A stretch of 64,000 nt of DNA. It comes from Felis catus (lineage: Eukaryota). The stretch lies in contig NC_058368.1 of NCBI RefSeq assembly GCF_018350175.1, forward strand, positions 202,742,001 to 202,806,000, written 5' to 3'. Below, piece by piece: positions 1 to 14,618 of the stretch. Numbering within the stretch: the stretch's first letter is position 1; each line of letters starts with the position of its first letter. The notes under the pieces are model-generated. The model was not told the origin of the DNA and searched no databases. It worked only from the letters and a program-made list of their open reading frames with translations. A program made the translations under genes and the position numbers.

Positions 1-150
1 GGTTCATGAGTTCCAGCCCTGCGTTGGGCTCTATGCTGACAGCTCAGAGTCTGGAGCCTGCTTCGGATTCTGTATCTCCCTCTTTCTCTGCCCCACCCCA
101 GCTCACACTCTGTCTCTGTCTCTCTCAAAAAATAAACATTAAAAAAAAAT
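1..150 (+). mobile_element. Can-SINE (SINEC_Fc-like), cut by the window start
   Basis: gagttccagccctgcgttgggctct...ggagcctgcttcggattctg, (CT)n region, AATAAA and A-tail. Confidence 0.93.
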
Positions 151-1496
151 TTTAAAGATTAAATTAGCAAAAAATATAAAAAATTAGAAATGTACCTGGC
201 ACATAATAAGTGCACAGGAAAATTTAATTTGAAGTATTACTCTGATCCGGTGAAGAATAAGATACGGTCCCAGCTCTCATAGTTCTTGCAGCTTAGTGAG
301 AGATAGAAATTTAAATAATCAATTATAACTGTATATGAGTGCCATGAGAGGGTTATTCAGAGGATGTTAGGCCACACAGAAGAGGGAGTGTCCATTCTTA
401 TCATATGTCTCATTTCTTCTGGAATGTATCCAAACGATCTGCTAATAAAGCCTTTCCTTCATTTTAACAGCCAGCTTTCTGGAGACAATGTCTTAGCATC
501 AAAATTTGGCATTGAAATGTTATGATCATGAGACTGATGAATGCTTTAGCAAAAGCAGGCAGTGTATTTAAAACTAAAAAAAAAAACTAATTAGAAAAAT
601 TCAGTGAACTATACCCCTCTGCTTATGGGAGCCTGTTGGAGTGTGTACAAAGTAAGAAGGTCTATTTTTAACATGATCAGATTTATACTTATTCGATTAG
701 AGCAAAATGGCAAACTTAACTGTCGAGAAAGAGGTTAATGCCCTTCTGAGTCTGTCTCCAAAGTTCAGAACTGATCTATTTTTAAACAATGGAGTGTGAA
801 GAGCCATGGGCTGAAAATAGGTACAGATCATGTGTCCCAGTAGAATATAGGACGTCAGTATATTTCATTTTCACAGAACATGAATTGGGCTGAGAGTATA
901 ATACTGTCCTTCTGACCTTTAATTTGTTGAATAGACTGTTAAGGAAGAAAGCATAATCTGCATGCGTATTTACTTAGAGCAATTTGCAATCATTTTTTTT
1001 AAAGTACATACTTGTTGATTTTTAAGATTCCATCTATAATGTGTTTAGTTAAGATGAACTAAAACAGGCTAGACTCTGAGTTGTAAAATTATAAAGGATC
1101 TTTTTAATTATCAGATATTCTTGTAATAGGCACAATAACAAAAGGCTAGAAAAATTCTTCAAGTGGCCTGCTCATGGTCACATTGCCAAACAAAGAAATT
1201 GTGTCTTTTTCTCTCTTTTGGTGTAGAGATTTTTCTCTTGCATCCTTAGTTTCTAGAAAACAAATAGACAAAAGAAAATTATCAGTTTCTTAATATGTGC
1301 AAAACATTGATCCAGGCACGATGGGAAGGCAAATTGTACAATATGGTTTAGTCTCAAAGTGCTTACCATTATGCTTGTAGAGACAAGATATAAATACATG
1401 GGGAAAAAATAAACTATGAAAAGAACGTTAAAGTACTTTACTAAAAATACAAGAAATGTAAAAGGTTCATATATGGTTAATTGCCAGAGAAAAGCT

Positions 1497-2330
1497 GACA
1501 CTACATACTAAAATTCTAAATGGATTGAAGACTTAGGTATACAATCTGAAACCATAGAACTCCTAGAAGGAAACACAGGGAAAATGCTTCTTGATGTCAA
1601 TCTTGGCAGTGACTTTTTTGGATGTGACACCTAAAGCATAAGTGACAAAAGCAAATGTAAATAAATGGGACGACATGAAACTAAAAGGCTTCTGCACAGC
1701 AAAAGACACAATGAACAAAATGAAAAGCCAGCCTATGGAAAGGAAGAAAATATTTGCAAACCACACATCCGATGAGAGGTTACTATCCAAAATGTTTAAG
1801 GGACTCATACAACCCAATAGCAAGAAGATAAGTAGTCCAATTCAAAAAATGGGCAAAGGATGTGAATGGATTTTTCTCTCCAGGGCGCCGGGTGCCTCAG
1901 TCGGATAAGTACGACTGACTCTTGGGTTCAGCTCAGGTTTGATCTCTGGTTTGGTGGGATAGATCAAGCCCCATATCCTACTCTGCACTGACACCATGGC
2001 AGCACAGAGCCTGCTTGGGATTTTGTTTCCCTCTCTCTCTGCCCCTCCCTTGCTCACATGTGTGCAGGCATGCTCTCTCTCTCACACAAAATAAGTGGGT
2101 AAACTTAAAAAAAAATGTTTAAGATATTTTTTTTCCAAGAAGATATTCAGATGCCCAGTAGGTACATGGAAAGGTGCTCAACATCATTAATCATCAGGGA
2201 AATGCAAATTAAAGCCACAATGAGATACCATTTCACGTCTGTTAGAATGGTTGTTATTAAAAAGACAAGAACAAGTGCTGGTGAGGATATGGAAAGGAAA
2301 TCAGGGAGATGGGAAGAGGGGTAAAGATAA
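1497..2330 (+). mobile_element. L1 ORF2 C-terminal fragment, interrupted by a SINE
   Basis: Peptides KANVNKWDDMKLKGFCTAK and CSTSLIIREMQIKATMRYHFT match L1 ORF2. Confidence 0.9.
1883..2120 (+). mobile_element. Can-SINE inserted in L1
   Basis: gggcgccgggtgcctcagtcgg head, CT tract, A-tail. Confidence 0.9.
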
Positions 2331-2479
2331 CATGTATTATTCGAATAAGGGAGAGCCAGACTAGTGGGCCTTTCCCTTAATTTTCCCTAACACTGGTCAT
2401 TACCTTCCTTCCCCTCCCGAGATTTTTCCAGTGGCATTGTTTGTTTCTAGGCCTTCAAACATTAGTCCCATGCAAGATT

Positions 2480-2725
2480 GTATAATTCTACTTATATGAA
2501 CTTCCTGGAATAGGCGAATTCATAGCAACAGGAAGTAAAATAGAAGTCATCAGGGACTGAGGGGAGGGAGACAGGGGGAGTTTCCAGACTTTTTGCTGAG
2601 AGTGATGGAAAAGTTAGATGTGATAATGGTTACACAACATCGTGAATATGTCTGTGAACTGCACACTTAGGAATGGTTAGAAGTACCAAATAGCTAAATA
2701 TATATTTTATGAAAATTTAAAAAAC
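2480..2725 (+). mobile_element. Old L1M 3' end fragment
   Basis: ataggcgaattcatagcaacaggaagtaaaatag...gaactgcacacttaggaatggtt resembles an L1MB-type 3' UTR. Confidence 0.7.
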
Positions 2726-3149
2726 TAATCTTATAAAATAGCACCCAATCTTGTATCTCTAGTGTTGATCTTCAGAGCCATTTCCACCTCCCAGCTGCTC
2801 TTATCACCTGAATACCCAGATGCTTCACACTCGATACAAAAATAAAGTAAAATCCTTTCTCGGTAGAAGTAAATATTGTTTTGGATTTTTATCCCCGGAC
2901 CAAAGAGCTCAGAAGTTGTTGCAGTGTGTGGGTTGCGTTCCACATCACTTCAGAGTGACCCTAACTGGGTCGTGTATACATCTTGCCCCTGCCCCTCCCT
3001 CACTTTCAGAGCCGAGGTTCTCCCATGTCTTGGCAGATATTCAGAAGGGAGCAGTTTTCTTCTTCCTGCCACACTTTTACCAGCCTAACTTGCTCTAGTA
3101 GTTTCATAGTAGTTTCATAGTACTAGTTTCTAGTACTTCATTCTAGTAG

Positions 3150-3569
3150 TTTCTTCCATAACCAAATACAACAGATGGCGTAGCTTAAACAACAGGAATG
3201 TGTTTTGGTTTTTGTTTTTTTTTGTTTTTTTTTTTTTTTTTTTACTCTCTTAAAGGCTAGAAGTTCAAAATCAAAGTGACAGCAGGTTTGGAGGCTTCTG
3301 AGACCTTTCTTCCTGGCTTACAGATGGCCTCTCTCTCTGTCGTCCCATGGTCTTTTCTCTGTGCTATTGTATCACCAGTGTCTGCGTGTGTCCCCATCCT
3401 CTTCTCCAAAGGACACCAGGAAGATTGGATTAGGGCCCACCCTAATGAATTCATTTTAACTTGACGTCCTCTATTACGGTCCTCTTTCCAAATACGGTCA
3501 CATTCTGAGGTATTAGGAATCAAGGCTTCAAAATATGAATGTTGAGAGGATACAATTAAGCCCATAACA
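3150..3569 (-). mobile_element. MaLR LTR (MLT1-type)
   Basis: Reverse complement begins tgttatgggcttaattgtatcc. Contains gattagggcccaccctaatga and gcttaaacaacag motifs. Confidence 0.88.
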
Positions 3570-5859
3570 CTTGGCAATACATGCAGTGCTCTGTGCAAGT
3601 CCAACCAAAGTGACATGTAAATGAATGTTCAGTGCAGCTTAGGATGCCTGCCTGGTTTAGGGCCTGGCCTGATTTCCTTCCATCCTTTGCACATGTACAA
3701 TACACACATCATTTCTATTACTGAGTGTTCATGATGAAAATGAATTTATGGGGGTTTTATTTTAAATTCTTCAAATATAGGTTCTTCTCCAATTCTCCAA
3801 ACACCTTTTCTCAATATTGAGTCTTCACTTTACTATCTGCTAGTTCTGTTTTAATAGTATTTTTTAGTTCAGCATATTTCTGGACATTTGTCTGCTTTAT
3901 TTGCTATATTTGACAGTTTCATGTCAGTCTGTGTTTCCCGTGTCAGATACCTTAATACTTATTCTACAAACTATTCTTACAACTTGCTTTCAGCTTGCGG
4001 GCCACTGGAGTTGTATTCTTTTGGAGTTTATACAAATCTTTCCAGGGCTCCAGTCTGGGATACCACACAGTAGGGCTGAGATACAAAGTCTCCAGTGAAC
4101 GTGCATGTTGCCAATATACAATTCCTTGATTTAGGTTTGTTTGATCTGCTTCTACCTCTTTTTCTTTGCTTTATGGTCAAATTTAAGTGCATGTTAGAAT
4201 TTTCTGTCATTTGCTGTCATTCTGCCTGGTACCTAATGGAGCAATATGTTCCTGTGTTCTGGGAAGGCAAATCAGTGGGACTATGTTAAGACTAAATTAA
4301 TTTCAGACTTCATTTGCATTCATATTATAAGGCTTAAATGTGATTTAATACCTCAAAACCAAATTAGATGCCTATGAGAACTGTAACAACGGAAAACATT
4401 AAAATGTTTGAATTTGTACATCTCAGAATTCGTCTTGTTCTGATCCGTCCTTTACAAGCAGGCGGATTTCATTTAAGCCACTTAATCATAATTGGCCATT
4501 TGTATATGCAGAAATTTTAGGCTAATTACCTTTAACATAATTTAAAGAGACTATTAATCTGGCAACTAATGATATAGCTAGGTTTCAAAACAAGTAATGG
4601 TGAAAAATGTCAGTATTTAAGAGGCTATTGCAGACTATTTCTCTGTATTTTTGTTGGGTTTCTCTTAATATACCTATGATTAACACAAGATATTAACCAT
4701 TAATCATGGAATTTTGTTTTGCCATTAAAAAGGACAGCAATGAGGACCATGTCTCAAAATGGGAAATATTTTATATTATAAAAGTGGGAAACAAGAAACA
4801 AATATTGAATGTATATTATGATTACACTTATATTTAGGTGAATAAGAGTTTGTCTTAAGAGAATACACAAGCACATTAAATCACTCTTATTAAGGAGATG
4901 AGAATACAAAATTTTTTTATATATTTTAAGAGATATGTGTGTTTTCATTTTTTGCAAAGATTTTTTTACATGCAGCTGTTTGGTAATACAAAAATGCTTA
5001 ATTACTTTCTTCTTTAATAAAATGGAAAACTACAATAAACTAAAACCGAGGCATCCTGTATTAATTCATCGAATCTCATTTTTCTATTTCTAAACCCTTT
5101 AATTTCCCCAAAATAAATACTAGAGGCAAGTATTCCTTAGCTTTGTAGTATATTACATAGGTTTTGAGATTCAAATTAATTAAGAGTTGTAATAAAAACT
5201 TTCTTTAAAAAAAAACACAGATGATCTCAACCACAGAAATAGATTATCTTAAATTTTCCCTAACAGAACATAGAAATCAAGGGAAATGGTTTCAGTTTAA
5301 GAAATTGAAGCAGTATCTAACTTGTAGTCAACGTTTGATAAATGTTTAGAACATTTTTAAGCATTAAGGTCTGCTTGTATGGGCCAATTTTCTTATGCAT
5401 GCAATCAACCACCTTGCAATTTAGAAGGCAAACCACCAGATCAATATAAGCCAGTTAGGAATGCTGGGGGAAATTGTTTTTAAATTTCCCAATGTGTTTC
5501 CTTTTTAAAAAAAAAATAATGGAATGTGTATGTACAATTCACCTTCTGAATTTATTATATCAATAGAGCACCTTTATTATAAGAATCCTATATTTTATTC
5601 TTGATGATAGCCAGAAGGGAATTTCACTGAGTCTACCCTAAGAATTTCTTGTCATTTTCTTCTTCTGAACCTCTGCACTCACTTTAACTTTGGTTTTTAA
5701 TAAACAATCCCCAACTCAACTTTTTCTTTTACCTGAATTAGTATCCTCTTAACCAAATTACCTTGAACCTTTTGTTTCTTTACAAGTTTATAAAGTATAT
5801 AGTCTATACAATTCGTTTGATCTTAACCGACATTGTTTTTTAGTAAACTATAAATTACA

Positions 5860-6040
5860 GCGGTTAAAACAGATAACATTGAGTGAACTTTGTTAAATGC
5901 TTTACTTGTGTTCATTTAATTATCATAATCTTTGATAGAGTTGCTATAACCTCCATTTTACAGATGAAAAGATTAAGATTTGAAGAATCTGAGTCACTTT
6001 CTATGGGCACAGAGCCAACTGGTTTTGAAATCAGAGATTG
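5860..6040 (-). mobile_element. MIR remnant
   Basis: ctccattttacagatgaaaag core. Confidence 0.65.
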
Positions 6041-6184
6041 AGTGTGTGCATGCACCCCCCACACACACACACACAAACCCATATTTATTTTACTACTTAC
6101 AATTATTTTCTACAGCATATATACATGTACATCTTCCTCCCTCAACTAGGTATAAACTTTCAGATAGTTCTTTATTTTAGGAAC

Positions 6185-6330
6185 CATAGTTTCTAAACCT
6201 GACTGCTTATAACTTGGAGTGTGTTATTAAAAGTAGAGATTTTGAATCTCATCCCCTAGAGATATAGGTTCAGATTCTTTAAATTTGGATTTGAGCCTGG
6301 TAAAATGTATTTTAGTGAAGTCCCATAAAT
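6185..6330. mobile_element. MER5-like hAT-Charlie MITE remnant
   Basis: catagtttctaaacctgactgc...cagattctttaaatttgg...tgtattttag pattern. Confidence 0.55.
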
Positions 6331-7689
6331 ATGTCCACAGGATTATCATCTTCCTCTAAAGATTAACAGGGAGGAGAATGTTCTCTTTGGCAGGTCGTTG
6401 AAGCCTTTTTAAAACTGATGCTGTCTACATGAGAACTATGATGAGAGCAAGGACCCATGGAATAATCCTGAATAGTTTCTTTTACTTTCCAAGAAAAATA
6501 GCTTTTCTTTATATAAAAACTTGTTTTATTTTCCAGGAAATAAAGGCATTTAGATTTAGATTTTTAAAAATAATTGCCAGGTGCACAGCCATCAGTTTGC
6601 TATCTCACAATCAACAAATGTTCATGTCAGGCTCTCAAAATGTGTAAATTTCAGAAGAACAAATTATGGTTAGTACCAAAACCTTCAGGGTTTTGGTAAT
6701 TCCAGATATGTACAAAAGTAAGATGGCTTCTTAGAATCCATCAAAATCCTGAGTTAAAGAGCTGGGTTGCCCAACAAACAAACCATGGTTCTTCCCCTTG
6801 CAAGTATGCGGTCTTCGGCATATTACTCAGTATCTTCTATAAAATGGGGTAGTAGTAATAATTAAGGTATAGGAATTTTGCAACAATAAAATAAATTAAT
6901 ACTTGTAAAACATTTAAAGCAAGCCTAGAAACCAGCAAGAACTCAAAAAATATTGTCTCTTATTTTTATAATGTCATTCTTAAAATTATCCCTACATTAA
7001 AAAACAAACAAACAAAAAACTAACACATCCACTGACTCTAATTCTTACTAGTCAAGGCAACTGAACTGTGGGGAAAAAATAGGACAACATTAGCAGCACT
7101 CTTTTATAGGATGTTCTCGGTGATAAAATGTCAGTTGATATAGATTTGACTATATTTATTTACTTGTGTCTAAAGTTAGTATAGAAGTCTATATGTCTGG
7201 ATGCCATCAGAATGTCTAATATAAGTTCTTAGAAGGAAGGTCTTGTGTGTTCTGCAGAGTCTAAAAATACAGGGTGTGTTGGGTGTAGGAATTTAGCAAT
7301 GTAACAGCAGCTCTGTTTTGTTAAGATTACTCTGTGATTCATTATTGTAATGATGGTAATTACATTTATAGCTACCGTCCCTAAAACATTTTAGAACTAT
7401 ACCGTGTAGAATAAAATAATGTAGAATGGAGGAGATCTAAATGTTTCACAAAATGGAACTTTCCACAATGATGGTTAAATTATCGGTAAAGAATTGTAGT
7501 GCTTCAAGGAGCACTATTCTTTAAAATACTACTATTTTTTAACAATAGTCAAACAAAATATTGCTTAAGCTCTCCCAGGGTCTCAGAATTTGCATGATTC
7601 CTAAGTGCTGATTTATGGTAAAAAATAATACTTAGAGAAGAAATCTCCGCATATCTCAAATCCCATTTTCCTGATTGTCATAAACTTAA

Positions 7690-8414
7690 ACAAACTGGAA
7701 TCAGCTCACCAAAAAATATATATATATGATAAAAGATACCACTAAGAATGAAAAGGCAAGCCATAGATTGGCTATTTACAATGTATATCCCAACAAAGAA
7801 CTCATATCAAGACTGTAAAAAGAATTCCAACAGCCGGAAGAAAATGAGGAAAACTTGACTGGGCACCTCACCAAACAGGATATTCATCTGATCAGTAAGA
7901 TACAAAAATGTGCATAACAACATTAATCATTGGGGAAATGTAAAATAAAACTACAAAGAGAAAAAAACTGTAAAACAACGAGATCTCTCTGCGTACCTAT
8001 TAATGGCTAAAATTAGAGTGATAACATCAAATTTTACTATGGATATAAGACAATTGGAACTTATATATTACTAACATGTAAGAAAAATAACACAGTCATT
8101 TTAGAAAATTTTTGGTAGTATCTACTAAAATTAAATATAAGCTTACCTTATCAACCAGCAATTCCAATAAAAGGTAAATAAATATTCAAGAGCAGTCAGT
8201 GTGGGTGCGGTCACTGTGGAAAACAGTACAGAGGTTCCTCAAAAAGTTAAAAACACTGCTGGGTATTTACCCAAAGAATACAAAAACACTAATCAAAGGG
8301 ATACATGCATCTCTATATTTTATAGCAGCATTATTTACAATAGCCAAAGTATGGAAGCAGCCCAAGTGTCGTGTCCATCAGTGGATGAATGGGTAAAGAA
8401 GATATGTACACACA

Positions 8415-8462
<48 letters not shown>

Positions 8463-9330
8463 AATATTATCCAACCATAAAAAAAAAGAAATCTTGCCAT
8501 TTGCAATAACATGGATGGAGCTAGAGAGTATAATGCTAAGAGAAATAAGTAAGTCAAAGAAAGACAAATACCATCTGATTTCACTCATATCTAAAATTTA
8601 GGAAACAGAACAAATGAGCAAAGGGGAAAAAAGAGAAAGCGACAAATCAAAAACAAACTCTTAATTATAGAGAACAACCTGATGGTTACCAGAGGGGTGG
8701 GGGAAGGGGAGTAGGAAGATGGGTTAAACAGGTGATGGGGATTAAGGAGTGCATTTGTGATGAGCACCAGGTGATACGTGCAAGTGTTGAATTATTATAT
8801 TGTACATCTGAAACTAATATGACACTGTATGTTGACTACCTGAAATTAAAATAAAAACTTAAAAAGCCAAAAGAAAAAAGAGAGAGAAATCAGTGCATAT
8901 GGCACTTCAAGAATGTTCATAACAGGTGTATCTTAATAGCTTAAAACTGAAAACACCCTAAATGTCATGAAAAGTAGAATGGATAAATAAACTGTGGCAG
9001 CATCATAAAATGAAATATAGGCTGAAATATGAAAAGAACTATCACCACCCAACAACATGGATGAATCACACAGAAGCAAGACACAAAAGACTACAGAGTA
9101 TATCATCCCATTTAATCTGAAGTTCACGAGCAGGTAAAACTTTTTATGGTGATAGAAATCAGAATAGCTAAGACCTCTGGTGTGAACTGGAAAAGGAAAT
9201 AAAGGGAAACTTTCCGATAACCCCTATATGGGGATCAGGTGGTTATACATTTGAAAAATTCACTTAAGATTTGTGTTCACTTAAAATCTGTGCTCTTTAC
9301 TCTGTCTATATTATACTTTAAAAAATATTC
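7690..9330 (+). mobile_element. Old L1M (L1ME-like) 3' portion, interrupted by a younger L1
   Basis: Degenerate ORF2 end and 3' UTR motifs on both sides of the insert. Confidence 0.7.
8202..8880 (+). mobile_element. Carnivore L1 3' end containing a (CA)n(CT)n microsatellite (8408-8461)
   Basis: EILPFAITWMELESIMLREIS peptide, G-rich 3' UTR, A-tail. Degenerate TSD ending tcagtg on both sides. Confidence 0.9.
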
Positions 9331-10022
9331 TAGTCCTCTGTGACTAAACAATGAACTGAAATAATTATGACATAGGAGAGCAAAGCAAGACAAAACAATG
9401 CTAAAAAGGAAAGACTTTGATATCTGAAGTAAACAGACATGGCAAAGTAGAATCAAATGCAGGGTTCTTCACTGTTTGTTGTATTATGTTTCTATTTACT
9501 AGGTAAAAGTGTATTTGGAATTTGAACAGATTTGTGTGTTTAAATTACTCAGTTGTTTAATTATGTAGGTATAATCTTATAGTCATTTAGTTTATACTTT
9601 GGGATTAATTCAGTACCACATCATTTACTTTGTTACACAAATTGTTAAAGCTTTAGCCATTGGTAGCTCTTTCATTTGGCCCCTATGAGTGACTCTCATC
9701 ATTGCAGGATTTTTTTTTTTTGGTTGATGTTTGTATTTGTTTGTTTGTTTGGTTGGTTGGTTGGTTGGTTTTTAGTACGTCTGTACTTGTTACTACAAGA
9801 TGTACAAGATGCTTTGGGAAGAGGTAGCTACATTTTTTTTTAAGTGTTGATAGTAAGCTTAGTAATTTGGAGTGCCTTATTAAGGTCAGGGCTACATCTG
9901 ATTCTCTTAGGAATGGAGCTTTCCTCAATTTAAAGCATATGGTCAATACTCTTCATTCAGGCCAGACATGTTGCTAAAATAGCTCATTATAACAAGTGCC
10001 ATAAAGAATCTGGATGGAAATT

Positions 10023-10221
10023 AGAGATATTAATAACTTAATCGTGTGTCTTCCTTAAAGTCAATGTGCTTATAAGGAACTGTGATTGATGGAGGAGGAG
10101 CTTTAAAAGTCTTGTTTTACATATGGAGAGATATTAATAACTTAATTAAATATGTTCCCTAAAAAATGTGCTATAAAGAAATATGATTGATGGAGAAGAG
10201 CTTTTAAAAGTTTTGCTTCAC
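10023..10221. repeat. Diverged tandem duplication, about 104-bp period, 2 copies
   Basis: agagatattaataacttaat...tgattgatggag...aaaagt appears at 10023 and at 10127. Confidence 0.85.
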
Positions 10222-11582
10222 TTCTAGACTCACATGAGTGTTTCCATTAAACTATATGCCCTCCAAGCAAGCAACTTTCATGGGAGGAGAGAGGGCTTTT
10301 AAATGCAAATCACCTTCTGTCTAATTACATTTTTTTTCTTATCAAATACTTGTTAGAATTTACAGTTTCAAACTGATTGTAGTCACATTGGAGGTAAAAT
10401 TTCCACAGGGAGAGAGAGAAAATTAATGGGTTCCTTTAAGCAATAGCAATAATATGAAATTATCCCCACAGTGTTATAATCAAGGCAGTCACAATAGGTA
10501 TACCTTAATATGCAGTGCATCACAGAAAAAGAATTATTCATATAAAGAACAGTTAAATTGTTTATAAAATATACTTCCAATTATTTTCTAAAATAAAGCA
10601 TAAGAGAACAATGAAGAGAAAAAATTGTATAGTTTAACTCAAAGAACATAGATAAAAAGATTCTCTGCCTTATTATTTTTATTTGAAAATTCTTATTTTC
10701 TCTGCAACCTGACTTATTTTCACTTTCCTACACAGTATTCTTCTGTCATTTTACATGTGGAATCATTAATTCCTCAATCAGTCTGGTCCTTTTAATGACC
10801 TACTCTGTCTTCCTTCAACTCATGTGGTTAGCTTGAGTACCTTGAGTGGTTCACCTCTTATCTTCATGACATTTTGTTTAGAAGTATTTTGAATAATAAA
10901 AAACACGTTTTTTTATAAACAAGAAACTTGTTTCTCAAGTGATTTTCTTGAGAAAGATTTCTAACAGTTTTAAGTAAATACCAATGGGAACAAAATTCGT
11001 TTTTGTGAGCACTTTTTTCCACGTGGAAACTCCATCTTCCCTCTTTCCTTCCCTCCCATCTTTCCTTTTTTCTTCCTTTCCTCCTTCTTTCCACCTTCCA
11101 TACATGCATGCATGCATGTTTACTAAGGACTTACTGTAGTAAGGGCTGAACCCTGCTTTAGTCCCACCCCCGCCACGGCACTTCAGCCCTAGTTAAAATT
11201 GACCACGAGTCAATGGACAGCCACCCATGGAGTCAGCTGTGCATTATTTAGGCTTGGGTGTTGCATGTAATATATTTCTCGTTTTTTGTTGCTATGTTCA
11301 CTGTTTGCTTGTTACAGCTGACATTTAAATATTTTACCATCCTCCATGAAGCCTCACCATTAGAGACTCTTCTTTGCTCTGCTGAACTCCAAAGATATGA
11401 TTAAGGATGAAATACCTTTTTTTCTGTGATGGACCCCAAATTTCGTGCCCTCTATATCAGCTGGAAGTGTTTTTTGTTTTTGTTTTTGTTTTTTTTTGTT
11501 TTTTTTGTTTTTTTTTTTTTTACCTATTCCAAGATGAGGTTGGGTCATTTTATAAAACAAGATAAGGTTGAGGAAACTTTCA

Positions 11583-11803
11583 GAGCACCTGGGTGGCTCA
11601 GTCAGTTAAGCTTCTGACACTTGATTTTGGCTCAGGTCATGATGTGATGGTTCTTGGGATGGAGCCCCATGTCAAGTTCTACATTGACAGCATGGAGCCT
11701 GCTTACAATTCTCCCCCCCCCCTCTTTCTGCCCCTCCCCTGCTCTCTCTTGCTCAAGTACGTGCACTCTCTTGCTCTCAAAATAAATAAATATTTAAAAA
11801 AAA
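11583..11803 (+). mobile_element. Can-SINE
   Basis: gcacctgggtggctcagtcagttaag head, A-tail, gaggaaac flanking duplication. Confidence 0.93.
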
Positions 11804-12932
11804 TTAAGATAGAGGAAACATTTTTCCCTCAGCCTTACTCTATAAATTTGTATATGTTCCCAAAGAAATAATTCAGATCTCAACCTTTGCTACTATCTCC
11901 AAATATTTTTTGCCCTTTTCCCATCTTTTAACAGGGTTTCCTTCAGTTTCTATATCTCTTAAACGAGATCACAAATTCAGGTTTAACCCTTTTCCCTTGG
12001 GGCTTATTGGAGAAGAAAGCTTGAGAAAAGGCATTGTGGTAAAATTTAGATTCCTATTGTTTATCCTTTTACGTATCTAACTTGCAAGATTAAAAATGGT
12101 TGGTCCCATATCTGTATGTTAGCCTAAGGAGATAGCACTGTGTATAATCTGGACCAGAATCTACAGAATGAAATCAAATATGTAAGTCTTCTAATTGAGA
12201 ATTGCTTGGTTCCAGAAATAAAACAAACAAACAACTTAGGAGAAAGAACATATGGCCCCTCCATTCCAAGACTTCCAATGGAAACCCAGGAGGCCTTGAA
12301 AAGAGTGGTTTTCTGGTCTATCCCAGAAACAGATTGAATTTACAATAATAGGTTATAGTTAGATTAGAGCCTTCTTGGGTAACCTTTCTCTGCACACTCC
12401 ATTGTCCTCACTTTAATGTGAATAACATTAAGAAAAAAAAATTCTGTTGTCTGGCAACTGGGCCTCTGTTTCAGAATTCTGGTCAGTAGGTACAAGTTAG
12501 ATCATTCAACAATACAGCGGAGCACAGGAGCAGCAATATTATAGTTAATAGGAGGTAGTGTGGCTTCTTTTCTTCATAAAATAAGATCAAAGGGAGACTG
12601 AAACTCTTCCACATTTGAGTTCTAATTTTACGTAGAGTATAGCAAAGGGATGAGAAGGTATAAAAGATAAGATGTACATATTTAATTCACATTTACTGAA
12701 TGTTTAATATATATCTATACGATACTAGGTGCTGCGAATATAAAATTCCAACACCAAAATAAACCATGATTTCTGGCTTTGAAGAGATATGCAGATTATT
12801 AGAATTTATGTATCCTTGGTTCTGAATTTAAATTGCAAAACTGTGCTATATATAGATTTTAATTTAAGTGTGCTTATCTCCCTGATGTGATTAATATCTC
12901 TCTTAATATCTCTTTACTCTTGCCATCTTTAG

Positions 12933-13175
<243 letters not shown>

Positions 13176-13770
13176 TAGTGGGGAAAAAATGCAATTGTGA
13201 TGAAGTAGAAGTTGCTTTGCTTATGTCTCTTCATCAGAACTTTGGAGATGTCAGAATGCTGATTTGTGGCTTTTGACTATGAATTCGCATTTGAATTCCG
13301 ATAAAAGTGTCTATAATGGCATGTTTTCACATTTCAGTGTCACACATTTAGTGCCTGTACATTTACCACTGGATCACTTGAAGTATCTTTTTATCTTCAC
13401 AAACTGAAACTGATTAACAGTGGCTTCAACCAGATGGAAAGTATATTTTTTCTCACACGGAAATCCCAGGAGGGTCAGATGGCTCTCCCCAGGACAGTTT
13501 TCAGGGACCCAGATTTCATTTATTTTATTGGTCTGCCATCCTCAAGAGTGTTTTTCTCATTTATACAAGAGGACCTGGTTCCTCTCCATTATGTTTGATA
13601 TGGCCCGCAGGAGAGGGAGAGCGGCACAGAGGAATTGAAGAGTGAGCAATTTCTCTATTTAGGGGTGTGCTCACAATTGTCACTATCACTGCTTATCTAT
13701 ATCTGATTAGCCAGAATGTAGTTGCAAGAGTACTTCTAGTTGTATACTTACAAGTATACTAGTTGAGTGA

Positions 13771-14253
13771 TGTGTAAGTCAGGGATCTCCAGAGAAACAG
13801 AACCAATAGGATAATATATACACAAAAGGAGAGTTATTATGAGGAATTGGCTTATACAGATACGGAGACTGACAAGTCTTATGATCTGCTGTTTACAAGC
13901 TGGAGACCCAGAAAAGCTGATGGTATAATTTAATCTGGTTCCAAAGGCTGGGAACCAGAGGAGTTGATGATGTACATCCCAGTCCGAGGGCAGAAAATGA
14001 GATGAGATGTTGGCTCAAGTAGTGAGATAGGAAAAGAGGGTTGAACTCCCCCTCTTTCCTACTTTTGTTCTGTTCACACCTCCAGTGGATTGGATGTTAC
14101 CCACTCACATCGGGGAGGACAAATTCCTTTACTGAGCCCACTGATCCAAATACTAATCTTATTTGGAAACATCCTCACAGACACATCCAAAACTTATGCT
14201 CAATCTGAGCACCCCATGGCCAGTCAAGTTGACACATAAAACTAACCATCACA
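13771..14253 (-). mobile_element. ERVL solo LTR (MLT2-type)
   Basis: TG...CA termini (tgtgtaagtcagggatctccagagaaacagaacc ... gacacataaaactaaccatcaca). 5-bp TSD agtga/agtgg. Confidence 0.9.
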
Positions 14254-14618
14254 AGTGGAAATTTTCCTTTCTAAAAATCTGAATATTTGAATTGTTGCCA
14301 AGTTTTACTATTATAGGATATATATTTATATTTGTGCACATGTATAAAACTTGCCTAGAAGTTGAATAACTGGGTCAAAGACTGCATATTTTTAAGTTAA
14401 AACAAACACCAAATTGTTTCTTTGATGACACAGCCTGTTTCTACATGCCTTGCCAATTCATTTCTACTTTTGTCCTCTAAGTAAAAACGGCATCCCCTTC
14501 TTGTTTAGTGTGCATTTTCATCATTAATATTGAGGTTGAAGCATTTTTCGTATTTATTATTTGTACTTTATTTTTTCTGTTTGTTCCTTGCATAGTTTTC
14601 TAATATTTTTTTACCTTT

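Noticed and set aside
3096..3152. tagtagtttc-like minisatellite at the MLT1 edge
   Set aside because: A local low-complexity expansion.
11182..11226. Possible REST/NRSE half-sites (ttcagccc...ggacagcc)
   Set aside because: The left half is mismatched and the spacing is far from canonical.
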